Assembly: GCA_965153355.1 (NCBI GenBank)
Contig: OZ231126.1
Coordinates: 47,554,001-47,618,000, forward strand
Source of the DNA: Flaccisagitta enflata
Taxonomy: Eukaryota
Length of the DNA: 64,000 nucleotides
Direction of reading: 5' to 3'
Translations under genes and position numbers: made by a program
Shown here: positions 13,769 to 36,457 of the stretch, piece by piece
Position numbering within the stretch: the first letter of the stretch is position 1
Layout: each line of letters begins with the position of its first letter
The notes under the pieces: generated by a model
What the model was told of the DNA's origin: nothing
What the model saw: only the letters and a program-made list of their open reading frames with translations
The model's database searches: none

Positions 13769-15301
13769 TTATCTTTTTGCTGATTTGCCTTTTTTGTTCT
13801 ATATTCGCTCTTTTTTTCAACCTTTCTTTCTGTTTTGTACTCGTTTTTCTCTGTATTTCATGCTGATTATGAACTTTTTGTGATTCTCTGTCAAACATAT
13901 ATTTGGTAATAAATCGTCCCAAAATGTCAAATCTGTCGGCTGGCACGTAGACAACATCAATTCGCTTTTCATTGAACCACTTCTCATCTACGATATAAAT
14001 GTCTGATTTGGGTCAGGAATGTGCTGGTTTAATTTCGTCTGATAAAAACACATATGCTTGAGTGAATGGTTTGGGAATTTTGATGAAAACTGGTTTGGGT
14101 GAACATGATGTTTTGTTTTTTTTTTCATTGTATTGTCAATGTTGTGTTCTCAACTCTTTTGAGACAAAAACAAATTGAAGAACAATATGCGTGAGGAAAG
14201 TTTTAGATGACTGTAAAAAATAACGAGAGGACTTAAAAACAGACAAACGGCAGAAAAACTATCAAAAATTAAGCTCAATTGAATTAATACTGGCTATTTG
14301 ATAAGTCGCAAGAATAGGTTGCTGATTCTTTGCTTGCTCGTCACATGTAACAACTATTGCAACCGATTGGCGGAAAAGTTTAATCATCGAATGGATTGCA
14401 ACGGCCAATGCTAAGAAAAATATTTCCTAGTACCATCCGGGCCACGATTTGCTCTTCAAAGTTGCTCAGATTAGATAAACCTTCCAGATGGGCAATTTGT
14501 TTGAGTACAAGGAAGTCATTTCTCTCTCAGAATTCATGCTACGGATATATCTTGAGATTGGAAACAGATTCCAACAGTTGAGGAGTACCGCAATGACCGC
14601 ACCGTACAGTAATTTCCATGATCTTGTGCTTCCTTGTCCTTTTTCTGCACCGATCACCCGTTGTTTTAACGTTACTAATTACAACCTTTCTCGTACTTCT
14701 GGAACTTACAATTTGATTGCGTCCTTTTATTCAGTCAGTGAATCGAAATTTGATTATTAATCAATTAATCATGAACGATCAGATTGTAGTTAATCCATAG
14801 ACTTAATTATGTTTGGATGCAACATGATAAATAGCAACTTGTCCACATTCCACTAACAATGTATCTAAGGTATCTGAGGCAACCGAAAAAGGAGTCACAA
14901 TCGCTTTCGTTCTATCAATTGCAACGAGAATCATGGCCACTCAACACCCATGTTATGAAATTTTTCCCTTCGCTTTAGTGAATTCAGTAAAGTCTACTCT
15001 TTTTCATCCGTTAGTGACAATTTTTTTTTCTGTTTCTTGTTCTGCCCCGGAGGGGCAGTTAGCCTATGATTCAATTCAGGACAATTTTCTGAGTATTCTG
15101 CCCTGTTCCAGATTGCTTTTAGCCCTTTCAAGCCCTCTAAATTGTTTTCTTGCCTAATTTCAATTGCAATAGAGCACCGCTAAAGCGCACCCGCTATTTA
15201 GGCATGCCTGCCTACCAAAAAAGGCGGCTAATCGCCGTGGGAAAAAAGTCGGCTGGGAGGAGGAAGAGAGGAAGAGAAGAGAGAGAGAGAGAGAGAAGAG
15301 A

Positions 15302-15335
<34 letters not shown>

Positions 15336-15340
15336 GAGAC

Positions 15341-15383
<43 letters not shown>

Positions 15384-16396
15384 CAGGAGAGAATGAAAGA
15401 GACAGGATCCCAAAGAGAAAGAAGATTGAGGTAGGTAAGAAAAGAGGAGGAAGAGAAGATCATCAAAATTCATAGCGCCAAAAATACTCGATTCAGCTTG
15501 GCGTCATCTGAAAGAGGAGAATTAGCTCTTTCTTAGCTATTAATTTCATGCGTAGCCTCGTTTGGCCCCCAAAAGCATCAACAATTTTTCTTCGCGGAAC
15601 TCAAAAAGTCTTCGAATCTTCGAATCTCGACTTTTTTCCAAATAAGCCTTATTATTGTAAGGCATAGAACAATATTGTGGTCATTTCTTTGTTGGCAATA
15701 CGGCAGCTTCACGATAAGGCATAATTTTGGCCAATCCCATGGCGTGCGCTACAGTGAAGCTCAACTGCAATTTTGAACCCCAAATGACCTACTTCCAGCT
15801 CCGAACCATTGAGAACCAGTGCTTGATGTGCTATTCCAGTTCTCATACCAGTGGTTTTTTTAGAAATAAGTTATATCAGCCATGAAACAGCCCTCCTCGC
15901 CATTTTCTAACCCTCTAACTTTTTCCGTCCTGCCCTAATTTTAACCTGTGAACCCCATATCAGCTCATTTCTGGCACATTGAAAACAACACTATGCAAGC
16001 CACTTGTACCGCTCTCTAATCAGTGTTTTGCTCAAAAAAATCAGCTGAATAAGCCCTCCCAACGCTCAAATCAGCCCTTTTAGACCTCTGATTTTCTTTC
16101 TTGTCCTATTTCCATCCTTTGAACCTCAAGATCAGCACCTCACCATCTCACCTTTTCTTAACAAAAATTATCGCTTAACATCAAAAGTTCTTGCGGCTAT
16201 TCTTTTATATCCTCTACTTATCTTAATCCCTGACTTCTTGGAAAAATCGATCCTTGTACTATTGGTACCAAAACCGCCCACGCATCTTTAATCTTTACCA
16301 CGTGTTGTTGTCGTGACAAAGACAAGAAATTGAAGTCTAAGTTTGATAATAAACTTTTCAAGTGGAGGCTTAAGACTGGAAAAGGATGACTGGATG

Positions 16397-16496
<100 letters not shown>

Positions 16497-16540
16497 GCAA
16501 CAACAACAGCGAGAACGAAAACGACACGAGTCATGGGATG

Positions 16541-16691
<151 letters not shown>

Positions 16692-17149
16692 CACACACAC
16701 ACACACACTCTTACACACACACACGCACGCACGCACATAACCACACGCGCGCGCGCGCTCAAATAAATACATTCAAAAGCACTTCAAGGTACACTCAAGC
16801 GCACGCAGGTAATCAACTGATTGCTGTTAGCCTGGGAAATTTTGAGTCTCGACGCGGCTGCGTCTAAAACGCTTGATTCCGTCATCAAATGACAGATCTG
16901 GAACTATCGAAATCAAATCCGATTTCACGCGTTGTGATTCAACGAAAGAGAGGGGAAAAACCACAAACAAATCAGCAACAAATCGATTTACATTTCATTA
17001 AGCAACATATTCATAAATAACGATTGACAACAGTGACAACAATTGTCACTAATTAATCGATCGACTGGAAGGATGTTGCTTAAATCGACGCTTTTGTTTT
17101 GTCTCTTGATGGGCTTGTCAGCCGGGAACGAGGTGATTTACAGATTTTG

Positions 17150-17280
<131 letters not shown>

Positions 17281-18172
17281 GCCAACTCATTGGTCCGGGC
17301 GGGTCCGCGATAGCCTGTCATGAAACCCGAGTTGTGTAAAGATTTTTTTTATTTTTAGTTCGTCTTATAAAACTGGTTGAGTAAGAATTGCAAATGTAGA
17401 AAAGATATATCATTTTCATGTGGGATACAATTATATTTGTAGATGAGTCTGTTATCGCGACTCGCTGTGTACATGTGTCATCCGCGCGATTTTCGAGGAG
17501 GGAAAACGGACCGACCGATAGATTGACGAACGGAAACAATTGAACTTGACCACTTTTACCTCTTTTGGTATGCAGGGATTTATGTAGTTGAGTACCCTGG
17601 AAATCAAAGGGTTTGGAAATGGGGAAGGCAACTAAAGGGGGAAAATAATTTGAAGAAATTTAATTTTTTGTAGTAACCATGGCCAAAAAAAAAAAAGATG
17701 CTCAATTTTTATCACTTACTTAAAAAATAGTCATATTTTTTTCTTATAATTTATGAGCATTTTGAAAAGCTTCAAAAACTCTACAAATCTAGACCAAGCA
17801 GAAATGTATAACTTAAGTCATTTAGAAATGACCTAAGATTGAAGTCCAACACTCATTTTTAATTCCAAAAAGAGCAGATTTCATCGCCTGTTAACAAGGC
17901 ACTTTTTAACTTAGTTTAACCCCACTCTAATGGATTTCAAGGGACCATTAAGTTTTTTTCTGTTATAGGTGGAATTCTATTATTGCCACTATAAGAAATA
18001 AAGAAAACTAGTTGAGGGGACCATCAATTTGCATCTGTTATGGGTGGAATTCCGTTGATGGCGGGTCCGTTAAAGCGGGATCTTCTGTACCCTCGGTCCA
18101 TCGGTCCGTCCGTTAGTCCGTTCTGATAGAGTTGGAATATGTGAAAACGCGTATTTATGGTGTTGCAGCTGT

Positions 18173-18387
<215 letters not shown>

Positions 18388-18921
18388 TCTGTGTGGGGAG
18401 GGTGGGGGTGTGGATGAGAGTTTTACGCCCCCACCCTGCCGTCCGCAACGATATTGTAACCCCGCGTCACACACTTATTTACAGAGTGAGCATAATTCGC
18501 TGCATTTATTCATAACAATAAAAGATACTTTTTGTTGCGTTATGAGTCGTTTCCGTTTTGCAGTACAAGAGTTTTACAATTCTATAAAATTTTGTAACGA
18601 TCCACATTTTATTCTAAAAAGACTAACCGGTTTTGTTTATACATTTGTATTTTGTTTGACTGTTTCGACTAAAACCGGTTTTAGATTTTCTTCCGAATTA
18701 TCGACGATAAACTGCAAAAAAGTCTTAAGATTTGTAAAGATCCTTATGGAAATAATAAAGCGCACAGCCGTTTTTAAATTTTCGCTTTATCTATAGACTT
18801 TTTTTGTGTTTTTTTTTCTACATTTTGATTTGTTTACTCAGACTGGATGAACTGTGTTGAGTGCGTCGGCACCGCACAAATCCAGGGACCACTCTTTTTC
18901 CTGGGGCTGGACCACTAGAAT

Positions 18922-19245
18922 AACAAGGCCAACTTATGCCCAATATGTGCGCCTTGCTGATTAATAATGTATGAATGAACGCTTTCAACAAAAACGTTTT
19001 AAATGAATGAATGAATGAATGAATGAATGAATGAATGAATGAATGAATGAATGAATGAATGAATGAATGAATGAGTGAATGAATGAATGTGGGCAGTCAT
19101 GCGAGGTTACAGGAATGACGCCAAAATTGGCAGTTTTGCGCGGTTTTACGTTTTAACGTTTGCATGACGGACCAACAGACCGACCGACCGACGGACAGAC
19201 ATGACCTCTTACGCTGTTACAGATGTGCGAGGACGCACATAAAAA
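18922..19245 (-). mobile_element. HINE-like element, family C, with (GAAT)n
   Basis: Shares the AACAAGGCCAA...GAAT array...GACATGACCTCTTA...GTGCGAGGACGCA layout with copies at ~25484-26660 and ~50056-50331, and more distantly ~62380-62708. Confidence 0.6.
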
Positions 19246-19516
19246 GGGATCTGGAAAATGCTTTCAAAGTTAAAACAAAATATCGACATGAATTCAATCA
19301 TCGAGGTTCGTATATAAAAATAAAAAAAGACACTCGACCCGGGGAAATGAGCGGTAGTTTGAAGAGGGAGGTGAAAATCGTTAAGGTGCTGTGGCAGTGG
19401 CATGATTTTAGTTAGAGTAGTTGATGTCGTTGTCGTTATTGTTGTTATTGTTATTGTTATTGTTATTGTTGTTATTGTTATTGTTATTATTGTTATTATT
19501 GTTATTATTGTTATTC

Positions 19517-19602
<86 letters not shown>

Positions 19603-20013
19603 GGTGTTGTTGTTGGTGTTGTCGTCGTCGTTGTCGTTGTTGTCTTCGTCGTTGTCTTCGTCGTTGTACACGTAGTCTTTGTCGTTAAAGACTTCGTCGT
19701 TGTAGTCTTCGTCGATGTAGGCTACAATGCTGTTGCCTTCGTCATTGTTGTCTTTGTCGTTGTTGCTGTTGTCGTTGATGCTTTCGAGGTTGCTATCGTT
19801 GATGCTCCCGAGGTTATGGTTGTTGTTATGGTAGTTGCTTTCAAGTGGTTGTGATGGCATTAGGCTAAACGAAGCTGATACAGGCTGTTTTCGGACTGAA
19901 TGACCAACAAACCAACCAACGGCCGATATAAACCTCTTTAAGAGGTGCCATAAAGCATTTAAAGACAACTTCAAACGAGGACAAGAGATGTCCAAGAGAT
20001 GAAGAAATAAAGA

Positions 20014-20220
20014 GAACAAGGCCGGATACACGGCTACCCCAGTCGCGTGCGGGTGGGCAGGGGCCATATTTGATCACTCGGGCAGGCGCAGTGAGGCCAA
20101 AGACCGCAAAAACCCAAAAAAAGGTAAATTGTGACGGACGGACGGACGGACGGACGGACGGACCGCAAACCAACAGACCGACAAAGCGGGGTGTAGAGTC
20201 GCGTAGCACGCGACTAAAAA
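20014..20220 (-). mobile_element. HINE-like element, family A
   Basis: Near-identical reverse complement of the copy at 20621-20848. Confidence 0.7.
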
Positions 20221-20620
20221 CCTAAAAATCGCATTGAGGGATTTTCGTGTAACGGTTCTTCCTTTCTTCCTTCCTTCCTTCCTTCCTTCCTTCCTTCCTT
20301 CCTTCCTTCCTTCCTTCCTTCCTAGAGATACACCCTTTTAAAGAGAGGACGCATCTTAAAAGCTGTTCACTGTGTGACTATGACTCAACTTATTGAAAGG
20401 TTTATGCCAAAACGAGTTTGCCTTTAGAAATTTTAATATCGACCACATTGCCTTAATAAGGCATGAAGTACTTCATGCCTTCTGTACAGGTAAAAAGATT
20501 GAACCAGATCCTTCCTAACGACACTTCTCTTTTTCTTTTTTGTCTCTTACTCAGGGCCACATGATCTTGTCTCGGAGCGAACAGAACTCGGTAGACCAAA
20601 CCGGTAATTGACGGTTGGAG

Positions 20621-20848
20621 TTTTTTTAGTCGCGTGCTACGCGACTCTACACCCCGCTTTGTCGGTCCGTCGGTCCGTCCGTCGGTCCGTCAGTCCGTCC
20701 GTCGGTCCGTCGGTCCGTCACACTTTACTTTTTTTGGGTTTTTGCGGTTTTTGGCCTTACCGCTCCTGCCCAAACAATCTGGTGACCTCAATTATGGCCC
20801 CTGCCCACCCGCACGCGACTGGGGTAGCCGTGTATCCGGCCTTGTTTT
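20621..20848 (+). mobile_element. HINE-like element, family A
   Basis: TTTTTAGTCGCGTGCTACGCGACT...(GTCC)n...CACGCGACTGGGGTAGCCGTGTATCCGGCCTTGTTT, in a T-rich site. Further copies at ~3020-3157(-), ~4370-4550, ~24964-25230. Confidence 0.7.
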
Positions 20849-23800
20849 TATCATAGCTTGAGCTCAATTGAGGGCGCGTCAAAGGCACAAGCTGATCATT
20901 AAAGGTGGATAAAACAAACAACTGTCATTGACTCACGCCCCATGTAGTTTCTCAATCGATAATTTTTCCAATGCGAAAACCCCTCATATCAACAATTACG
21001 GCATTCGACAATTAGGACAATTAAAATATTTAATCAAAGTGATCGAGGGAAAATTACGGCTTTTTTGAGCAACGTTGAAGGTAAAATTCACGTTCATACT
21101 ATAAAGACATGCGCAATTTGAAAAAAAGGGGCTGGACGTCAATCAGATAATCATCAGAGGTTTACAATGACTATTTCTAACAGTAACACGAAAAGGCCAA
21201 ATTACCCAATTTCCGAGAGAATTGAGAGACGTGTTTACAACCCAAAGAGATGAATGAATCATTCTATCTGAAATATCATCTCCATTCTTCGCATGCAATA
21301 AGCAAGAGGCTTGGCACGGCAGTTTGTAGGCAAACGATTTAGATCCTTTTTTTTGTTGTTCCTGGTCGATTTATTCAAAGGCTATTTTTAAATCATTGAT
21401 ATATGTAAATGATAAGTTGTCCCCCCCCCCCAATGCGTACATCTGCACGGAGTACCTTGAACCAAAATTTGAGTTGCTAGGATGTAGATTTTGTAAGGAT
21501 CGGTTGAATCCGGAAGACCAACAAAACATGACATCATAAAAACATGACAACATGACGGACCAACCCAACATGACAATCAAAAAATCTTACGTTTCTGGAA
21601 GATTGGAAGTTGTCTTTCTTTCTTTGATCCTTATCAACGAGAGAGAGATTGGGAGGGTTTCATAACTTGGACTCTCGCGGCAATGAAGAGAAAGACAATC
21701 ATTTTCACCGTCAGAAAAAAAAAGAGCAACGTCGATGGTTTGTTGGTCCGTTCGTCGCATGCGTGGGTAAGACAGTCAGTGTCGGTTGGTCTGTAGGTTG
21801 GGTCATGCCATCGTTAAATCATTATTGAATCGTCAATTATGTTTTCATCAATCTGTATCCATCCCAATATTAGCTTTCTTCACTCGATAGTCATTCATTC
21901 ATTCATTCATTCATTCATTCATTCATTCATTCATTCATTCATTCATTCATTCATTCATTCATTCATTCATTTATTCATTAATTCATTCAATATTTCATCA
22001 TTTCATTCATTCATTCATTCATTCATTCATTCATTCATTCATTCATTCATTCATTCATTCATTCATTCATTTGTTCATTCAATCAATCAATCAATCATTA
22101 AATCAATGGATCAATGGATTAATTGATCAATCAACTAGTCAATGAAAGTTGAAACAACATTGCCCTTATAAAAGGAGGCCAGAATTCTCCAATTAACAAA
22201 GGATGAAAGCCTTGCAAGCTTTCAATGGTGTTTACTCCGGATTGCTCACAAGTATCCTTTACTACTGACAAAAAAAAAGCCTACCTGACAAAACAATAGG
22301 ATTGACTGCATACCTCACCCGGTTGGACAGGCCTATACCATTTAGTATACACAAAATCATTCATTTGGTATTCTCTGCTCTCGATGTCACTTTCTGGATC
22401 TGTCTCCGTTTTTTTATGTCCTGCTGTCTCTCTGTCTGTCCGTCCGTCCGTATTTGGGCAGCGGTTCCGAGGGGATCGATGAGCTACGCCTTCACATTTG
22501 AAAATTTTTTTCACCTGTACGTCCGTTCATCTCCCCCCTCCCCCAAGCCCTGAGGGGCAATGCCAGCCTCGTGGCAATGATTCTGGCCTGTAGGCCTAAG
22601 TTTTAGCCTCAAGGCCTAAACCCAAGCCTCAAGGCACAAATTTCGGCTTTGCTGCTTGAATTTTAGGCTTTACTAGCAGCCTTGATACCCATACCCATTC
22701 GGTGACTTAATGTTTACTTCTTTTTATTAGGACGTAATTTCTGTCCCAAGTTTTCGAAAGAGATAGACTTCTGATAAATCTACTAAATATTCTTGATCTT
22801 AGAGCCATAGCTCTATGTTCTTTAATGATCTAATGAAGTTACCTCATGAACCATGACCCAACAGCCCTTCCCCACAATGAAATATATGAAAAACAGTCAA
22901 GCTTTGGAGGTCAAAATCCTTCCTGTTCATTTTCTATGGGATATGAGGGGGTGACGGTCGTAAGTAAACTCCATTGGATTACCATCAGCTTTGAGAGCTC
23001 TCATCTGTGATGGAAATGGTCATAATTTTCCCGCGAGAAACACAAGATTCGAATGTAATCATACTTGAAGTTTAACACACTCTTATGTCAATTTCAAAAC
23101 CATAAGGCCCAAATCTCAGACTTGCCTGAATATTGGCCTTTCAGGCTACAGCCAAGCTTTGTGTTCCAATCCGTAGGACGGCTTGCATCTGAAGGTGGAA
23201 TTTGAAGGGTCACTGAAGATAGAAAATAAAAAACTTATTTCATCAAAACTGACAAAACTACTTTGTAGTAGCACTTTAACTATGTCATCTGTGAAAATTT
23301 GAATGCAAAATTATAATTTTTTAATGAATTATAGCAAAAATTAATGTAAAAAATTAATTATTTTCCTTTTTCAACTTTGAACTCCTCTTTAGGCATCGTA
23401 ACCTTATCCGATTTGAATGAAATTTTACATGGAGGCAGTCCATAATATGAAGTATCTCCAGTAAAAATTTTGTCCAAATCGGTCAACAATAAGGGGGGTA
23501 ACGACATTCTTTTTTCTTTTTAAAATTGCGAAAAAACCGTTTTTTTCGCTTTTAGGTATGTAAAAATTTCCAGATGTTCAAAATTTTTTACATACAACTT
23601 AATTAGGGTCTAATACATATGCATGCAAAATTTCATGGCTCTACTCCTAGTTTCAGATAGGTTTTAGGGCTAAAAACGGCCCAAAATAACTAATTTGGGC
23701 TATTTTGGGCACATTTTTTTTAGACATTCGAACACGCACCTGAAAATTGATATGTGGACCCTGGATTAGTGTTCTCCAAGGTAAAGCGCACATTTTGAGA

Positions 23801-25797
23801 CCCAACTTGATAGACTTCAGGGAACTCGCTCTTTTGACCCCCAATTCTTTGAGCTAGAAATCCAAAATCCTCTGACAGTTATCCGATTGCAACAAAATTT
23901 CAGTTGGTGGTAGTACATATTAGTGAAACGCAACAGTTCAAATTTTATCAAAATCGGAATAGGTTAAGAGGGCTAAACTCTATTTTTTTCATATCCGGTA
24001 CCATTTAAAAAATGATTTTTTGTGGTTTTTAGTACTTAAAATTTTGAGAATTGTCACAATTTCCTCCAGGAAGGTAAATAGGATGAAATAACATGCGCTT
24101 GCCAAATTTTGGCTTGATAAACTCATATTCAGTATAGATTTAGAACCAAAAACAGCTAAAACGGTCATTTTTAGTGAAATTTTTTTTTTTTTTTGCGTAT
24201 CCACAAAAATTAGGCCAAATGAAGTAAAGATTGGGTGTTACAAAGGTCTTTCCTACATTTTAAAAGAGATCTTGGTAGGTGCTTTAAAAATTTTCACCTT
24301 TATAAAAGCAGTAGCGATAGATATTCTAGAGACAATCATCAATTTTTTTTTCCTTTTTTCAAAGCTTATTAAGTATATAGATTTTTAGGATTGAAAATAA
24401 ATATTTTTATAATTTTTAAATAATATTAATAGAAAATTCATAAGTAATTTTACTAAAAATTTTAATCTTGACACTTACATCAAAATATTTTTTGTAAGAT
24501 CCAATATTTTCTAACTTTCAATTGATGTTTTGTAAATTTTTTGTTTTGAATATCTTTTATAAAATTCATATATTGTAATAAAAACAAGATGTTTATGAAT
24601 TTTAGTTTATTCTTTTTATGAAATAGATCATTAAATTGTATTATTTGTTAATTTATTGATTTTGAATATTTACTGACACCCAAAATCCAACATTTGTGGA
24701 CACACCGTCTTAATACCATTGTCATTCATCCTTACCTTTTTAGTCGCTGATTATGCAATTCTATAAGGTAGTCAAAGCGAAATTTTGGATGATGTGTAAT
24801 TGGCTGATTTACTGATTTCTGTTTTTCAAAGCCCCTGCCGACCCACATAGAACCCCTGCCCACTCGCCAGCGACTGTTTCTTGTTCTTTTTAGTCAAACA
24901 AGCAGCTCCACTGTCATCTTTTCTATATTTAGACATCTAGCCAGGCTAACTTAAACAAAATACTTTTTAGTTGCGTGCACGCAAATCTACAACCCGCTCT
25001 GTCCGTCTGTCTGTCGGTCGGTTGTTCCATCGGTCACACTTTGCTTTTTTAAGCGCTTTAAGGCGGTTTTGGAGTAACTGTTCCAGCCCAACAGCTTGGT
25101 TAGCCTATTTCTTCACTGCCCCTGCCCACCCGCACGCGACTTGTATTACGGTATGGCGTTGTTTCTTACGCTGTTATTATAATACTGTCACTGCCCAATT
25201 ATCTGCACTCAGGGCTGTGTATCCGGCAAAAAGCAAATCAAATCCTTCATTACATGAGCATGATGCTATCTGAGTAATGTGAGCACGTTCCTGCCGATTA
25301 CGATGATCTAAATACATTACATTGAATCTGTTTAGCCGCTCTTTGATAAGGGTTGAGATGGATTTTTAATAATTCTAAGGAAAGCTGTGAGGGGTGCGCA
25401 TTAAACACCAGTAAGAGCTCCCAAGGCTCTTGTCCTTATTCTAATTTTTTGATTGGTGTGTAATATTGTCCAGGTCATATAAAAAGGCCAAGTTATGGCC
25501 AATGTGTGCGCCTCGCTAAGTGATAACGAATGAAAGAACTTTTTTGATGAATGGACGGTTTCAATGAATGAATAAATGCATGAATTAATAAATGACTTAA
25601 ATGAATGCGAGAGCATGATGGCATGAGAGGTATCAGGAATGAAGAAAGACATCAGAATCTCTCTTTCCCTCTGTCTCTTCTCCTTCTCTCATTCTCAGTC
25701 TTTCTTAGCCTGAAGAAGGTCGATGTTTCGATCGAAAATTCGCGTTTTTGTACTTCAATCTCGCTTTTCCAAGTTGTAAGACAATTTGCACTCAATA

Positions 25798-26530
25798 CAC
25801 TTTTATTTTTTTATAAGCACCTCTTTTATAAGCACGCCCAGCCTCAGATATTGGGAAAATTTAAGCACATTGCTAAGCATGCTCCAGGCTGAGATTTCCG
25901 ATTTGAAAAAAAAATTTGGGCAATTTTTTAAAAATATGCTAATTTTTAGACATTTTTTGTTGGAATTTGACAAAAACCAACGGAAACTTTGATAAAAACT
26001 AAAATTATTTATAATATCAATTTGTAAATACACTCAGGACTTTGATTTGATACTGATAGAAATGACTGAATTTATCATGATCTTTAAAAATATTATAGCT
26101 TAGATACTATCATTAATAAGAATTAATTGTCGTAATAAGGACCACCAAAAAATAACAATATATCAGGATACTAAATAGCACTGAAAATCTAAAAAAAGTA
26201 TATATTGAATCAAAATACTAATCACATCCCATGGTTTATATAAAAGTAAGACAATGTCAGTGAAAGACTATATATTTTACAAAATACATTCATTACTGTG
26301 TTTTATACTATACTTTATTTTATATTATACAATACTCTTTGTTATACTATTTTCTCTACCTTACTGTGTACTGCGTACTGTGTAGTCTTTCTCATATGTA
26401 CTGAATAGAACAATTACTTACTGATAAACGATAAGCACGCATTTAAGCACATTTCAGCCTCAAAAATAAGATTTTGCTAAGCACGCTCAGCCTCAGCCGA
26501 AAAAAGAGCGTGCTTATAAAAAAAAAAGTG
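25798..26530. mobile_element. MITE, TA target duplication, nested in a family C element
   Basis: TA|CACTTTTATTTTTTTATAAGCAC...GTGCTTATAAAAAAAAAAGTG|TA; repeated TAAGCAC and CAGCCTCA motifs. Confidence 0.75.
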
Positions 26531-26940
26531 TACATCGTCACATCAGAATCGTCTGTTTTGCGCGATTTAAAGTTTGCGTGGCGGAAAGACCAACCAACCG
26601 ATCAACCGACCATTGGACAGACATGACCTCTTATAGATGTGCGAGGACGCACATAAAAAGAAGAACAAACGAAGACGTGTATTCATAAACACTACATACT
26701 TCAATCTACATACTAAATACTACAAACTACAAACTACAAACTACATACTACTTCAAAAACAACTTTTAATAAGAATTTGATTGGGGACACCGCACACAAA
26801 AAATAATACAGTAATAAATAGCAATGTTACATTGTAAATAAAATCACCTAATCACTTCGGCAATAGCCAATACGTGGCGCATGAAAAATCATCGCTATGC
26901 CGACAAAAAACAAAATGGCAATCAATAACAATCGATAGAA

Positions 26941-35130
<8,190 letters not shown>

Positions 35131-35246
35131 CTATCATCCGTCGAGAATGAAAAGAGTACCGGTGAAAGATGTAGCGCCGTTATCAGGTAATCTCAGCCAA
35201 CACACGCCCAGTAAGAATCCGCTTGTCAGCGTTCTCAGGGATCATG

Positions 35247-35285
<39 letters not shown>

Positions 35286-36457
35286 CCAAAGATTCAAGAT
35301 TCAAAAACATATATTGCAGATCACAGCCAATTTAAGGCGCGCGAGGATCATAGGCAACACTTGGGTGTACAACATAGTTCACTATTCTAGTCTATATGTT
35401 CGCGGTTTGTTTTCATTTATCTTTTCATCGTAGTTTTTCAATTTATTAATCAGTTAATTTTTATCAGTTAACTAGTCAACCCCTAATCATAGCTGTTTTG
35501 AATGATCACATAGCGCCAAACATTGTATCTTAACCCTCCCTTCGTTTTTCTTTCCTGTTCTGTTCTTCGTTTCTTCTCTTTCTTCCCCCCCAGACTCCGT
35601 TCCCTTCTTCCCCCTTCTTTTGGCCATGGTTTTTCAATACAACCAGGGGCTGTTGCTAGTGCTATTCTATTCTAGAGCCCCCTATCGTTTAGTTTAGTTT
35701 AGTGGTCAATAAAAGTAGCACAAGTGAACAAACAACATTCTATTTTCTACTGAGGTAACAGGTTGTTCCTATAGTATCACATTTGCGAGGTAGGCTAGTT
35801 TTGAGCAAGTCATGGACGGTTCACATTTAGTTGTCAAGTTTAGGACCATTTACTACGAATCATTTTAGTTATAACCGACTGGAGCTAGTTAATCGCGTAA
35901 GTAAGTAAGTAATAAGCTGGATATTTTTCAAGCAGATTACTAGAGAGGAAGCTGGAAGGAGAGAAGAGAGAGGTGGGGGAGGGGGAAAAAGAGGGGGGGA
36001 GGGAGGAGAAAGGAGAAAGAGGGGAATGGGGTTAGCGGTGGAAGTGGGATGAGCAGTAGAGTAATAAACATAAATTAATTTGCGTTTCCTTCAGTTAATT
36101 GCTATGTACAGTAATCAAAGTAATCTAGGTGCCAAGAGTAGCATAAAAATTAGTATCACAGCCACTTAGACCGGTTTTTAGTGCAAGGTTCTAGTGTTCT
36201 AGTGTATTACTGTTGCGATGTATTATTGATTTGTTTCTTGATTGTCTTTCGTAGAACTCGACGTTTCCTTTTTTGCTTGAATTATCATTACTATTCATTA
36301 TCTCTTAATCTATGGCCTAACCCCGCCAGGGGAGAAGGGGGGAGGCGGGGGGGGATGGGGGGAAGGGGGGGGTGGGGGGTGCGACGGTTCGGCGGCTCGA
36401 GCTTTAGCCGCCTGTCGAAGTCCGAGTGCACTGTCGCCATTTTGACTGTGTCTCCGG

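Noticed and set aside
22141-22250. ~110-bp inverted match to ~55024-55132
   Set aside because: Diverged dispersed repeat fragments with no TSD; not the ends of one 33-kb element.
22740-24715. AT-rich transposon-like interior ending ...GGACACACCGTCTTAA
   Set aside because: No partner TIR or coding remnant identified.
35283-35305. GATTCAA repeats as telomeric sequence
   Set aside because: Only about three imperfect units, not a telomere motif I recognise; better explained as a LINE tail.
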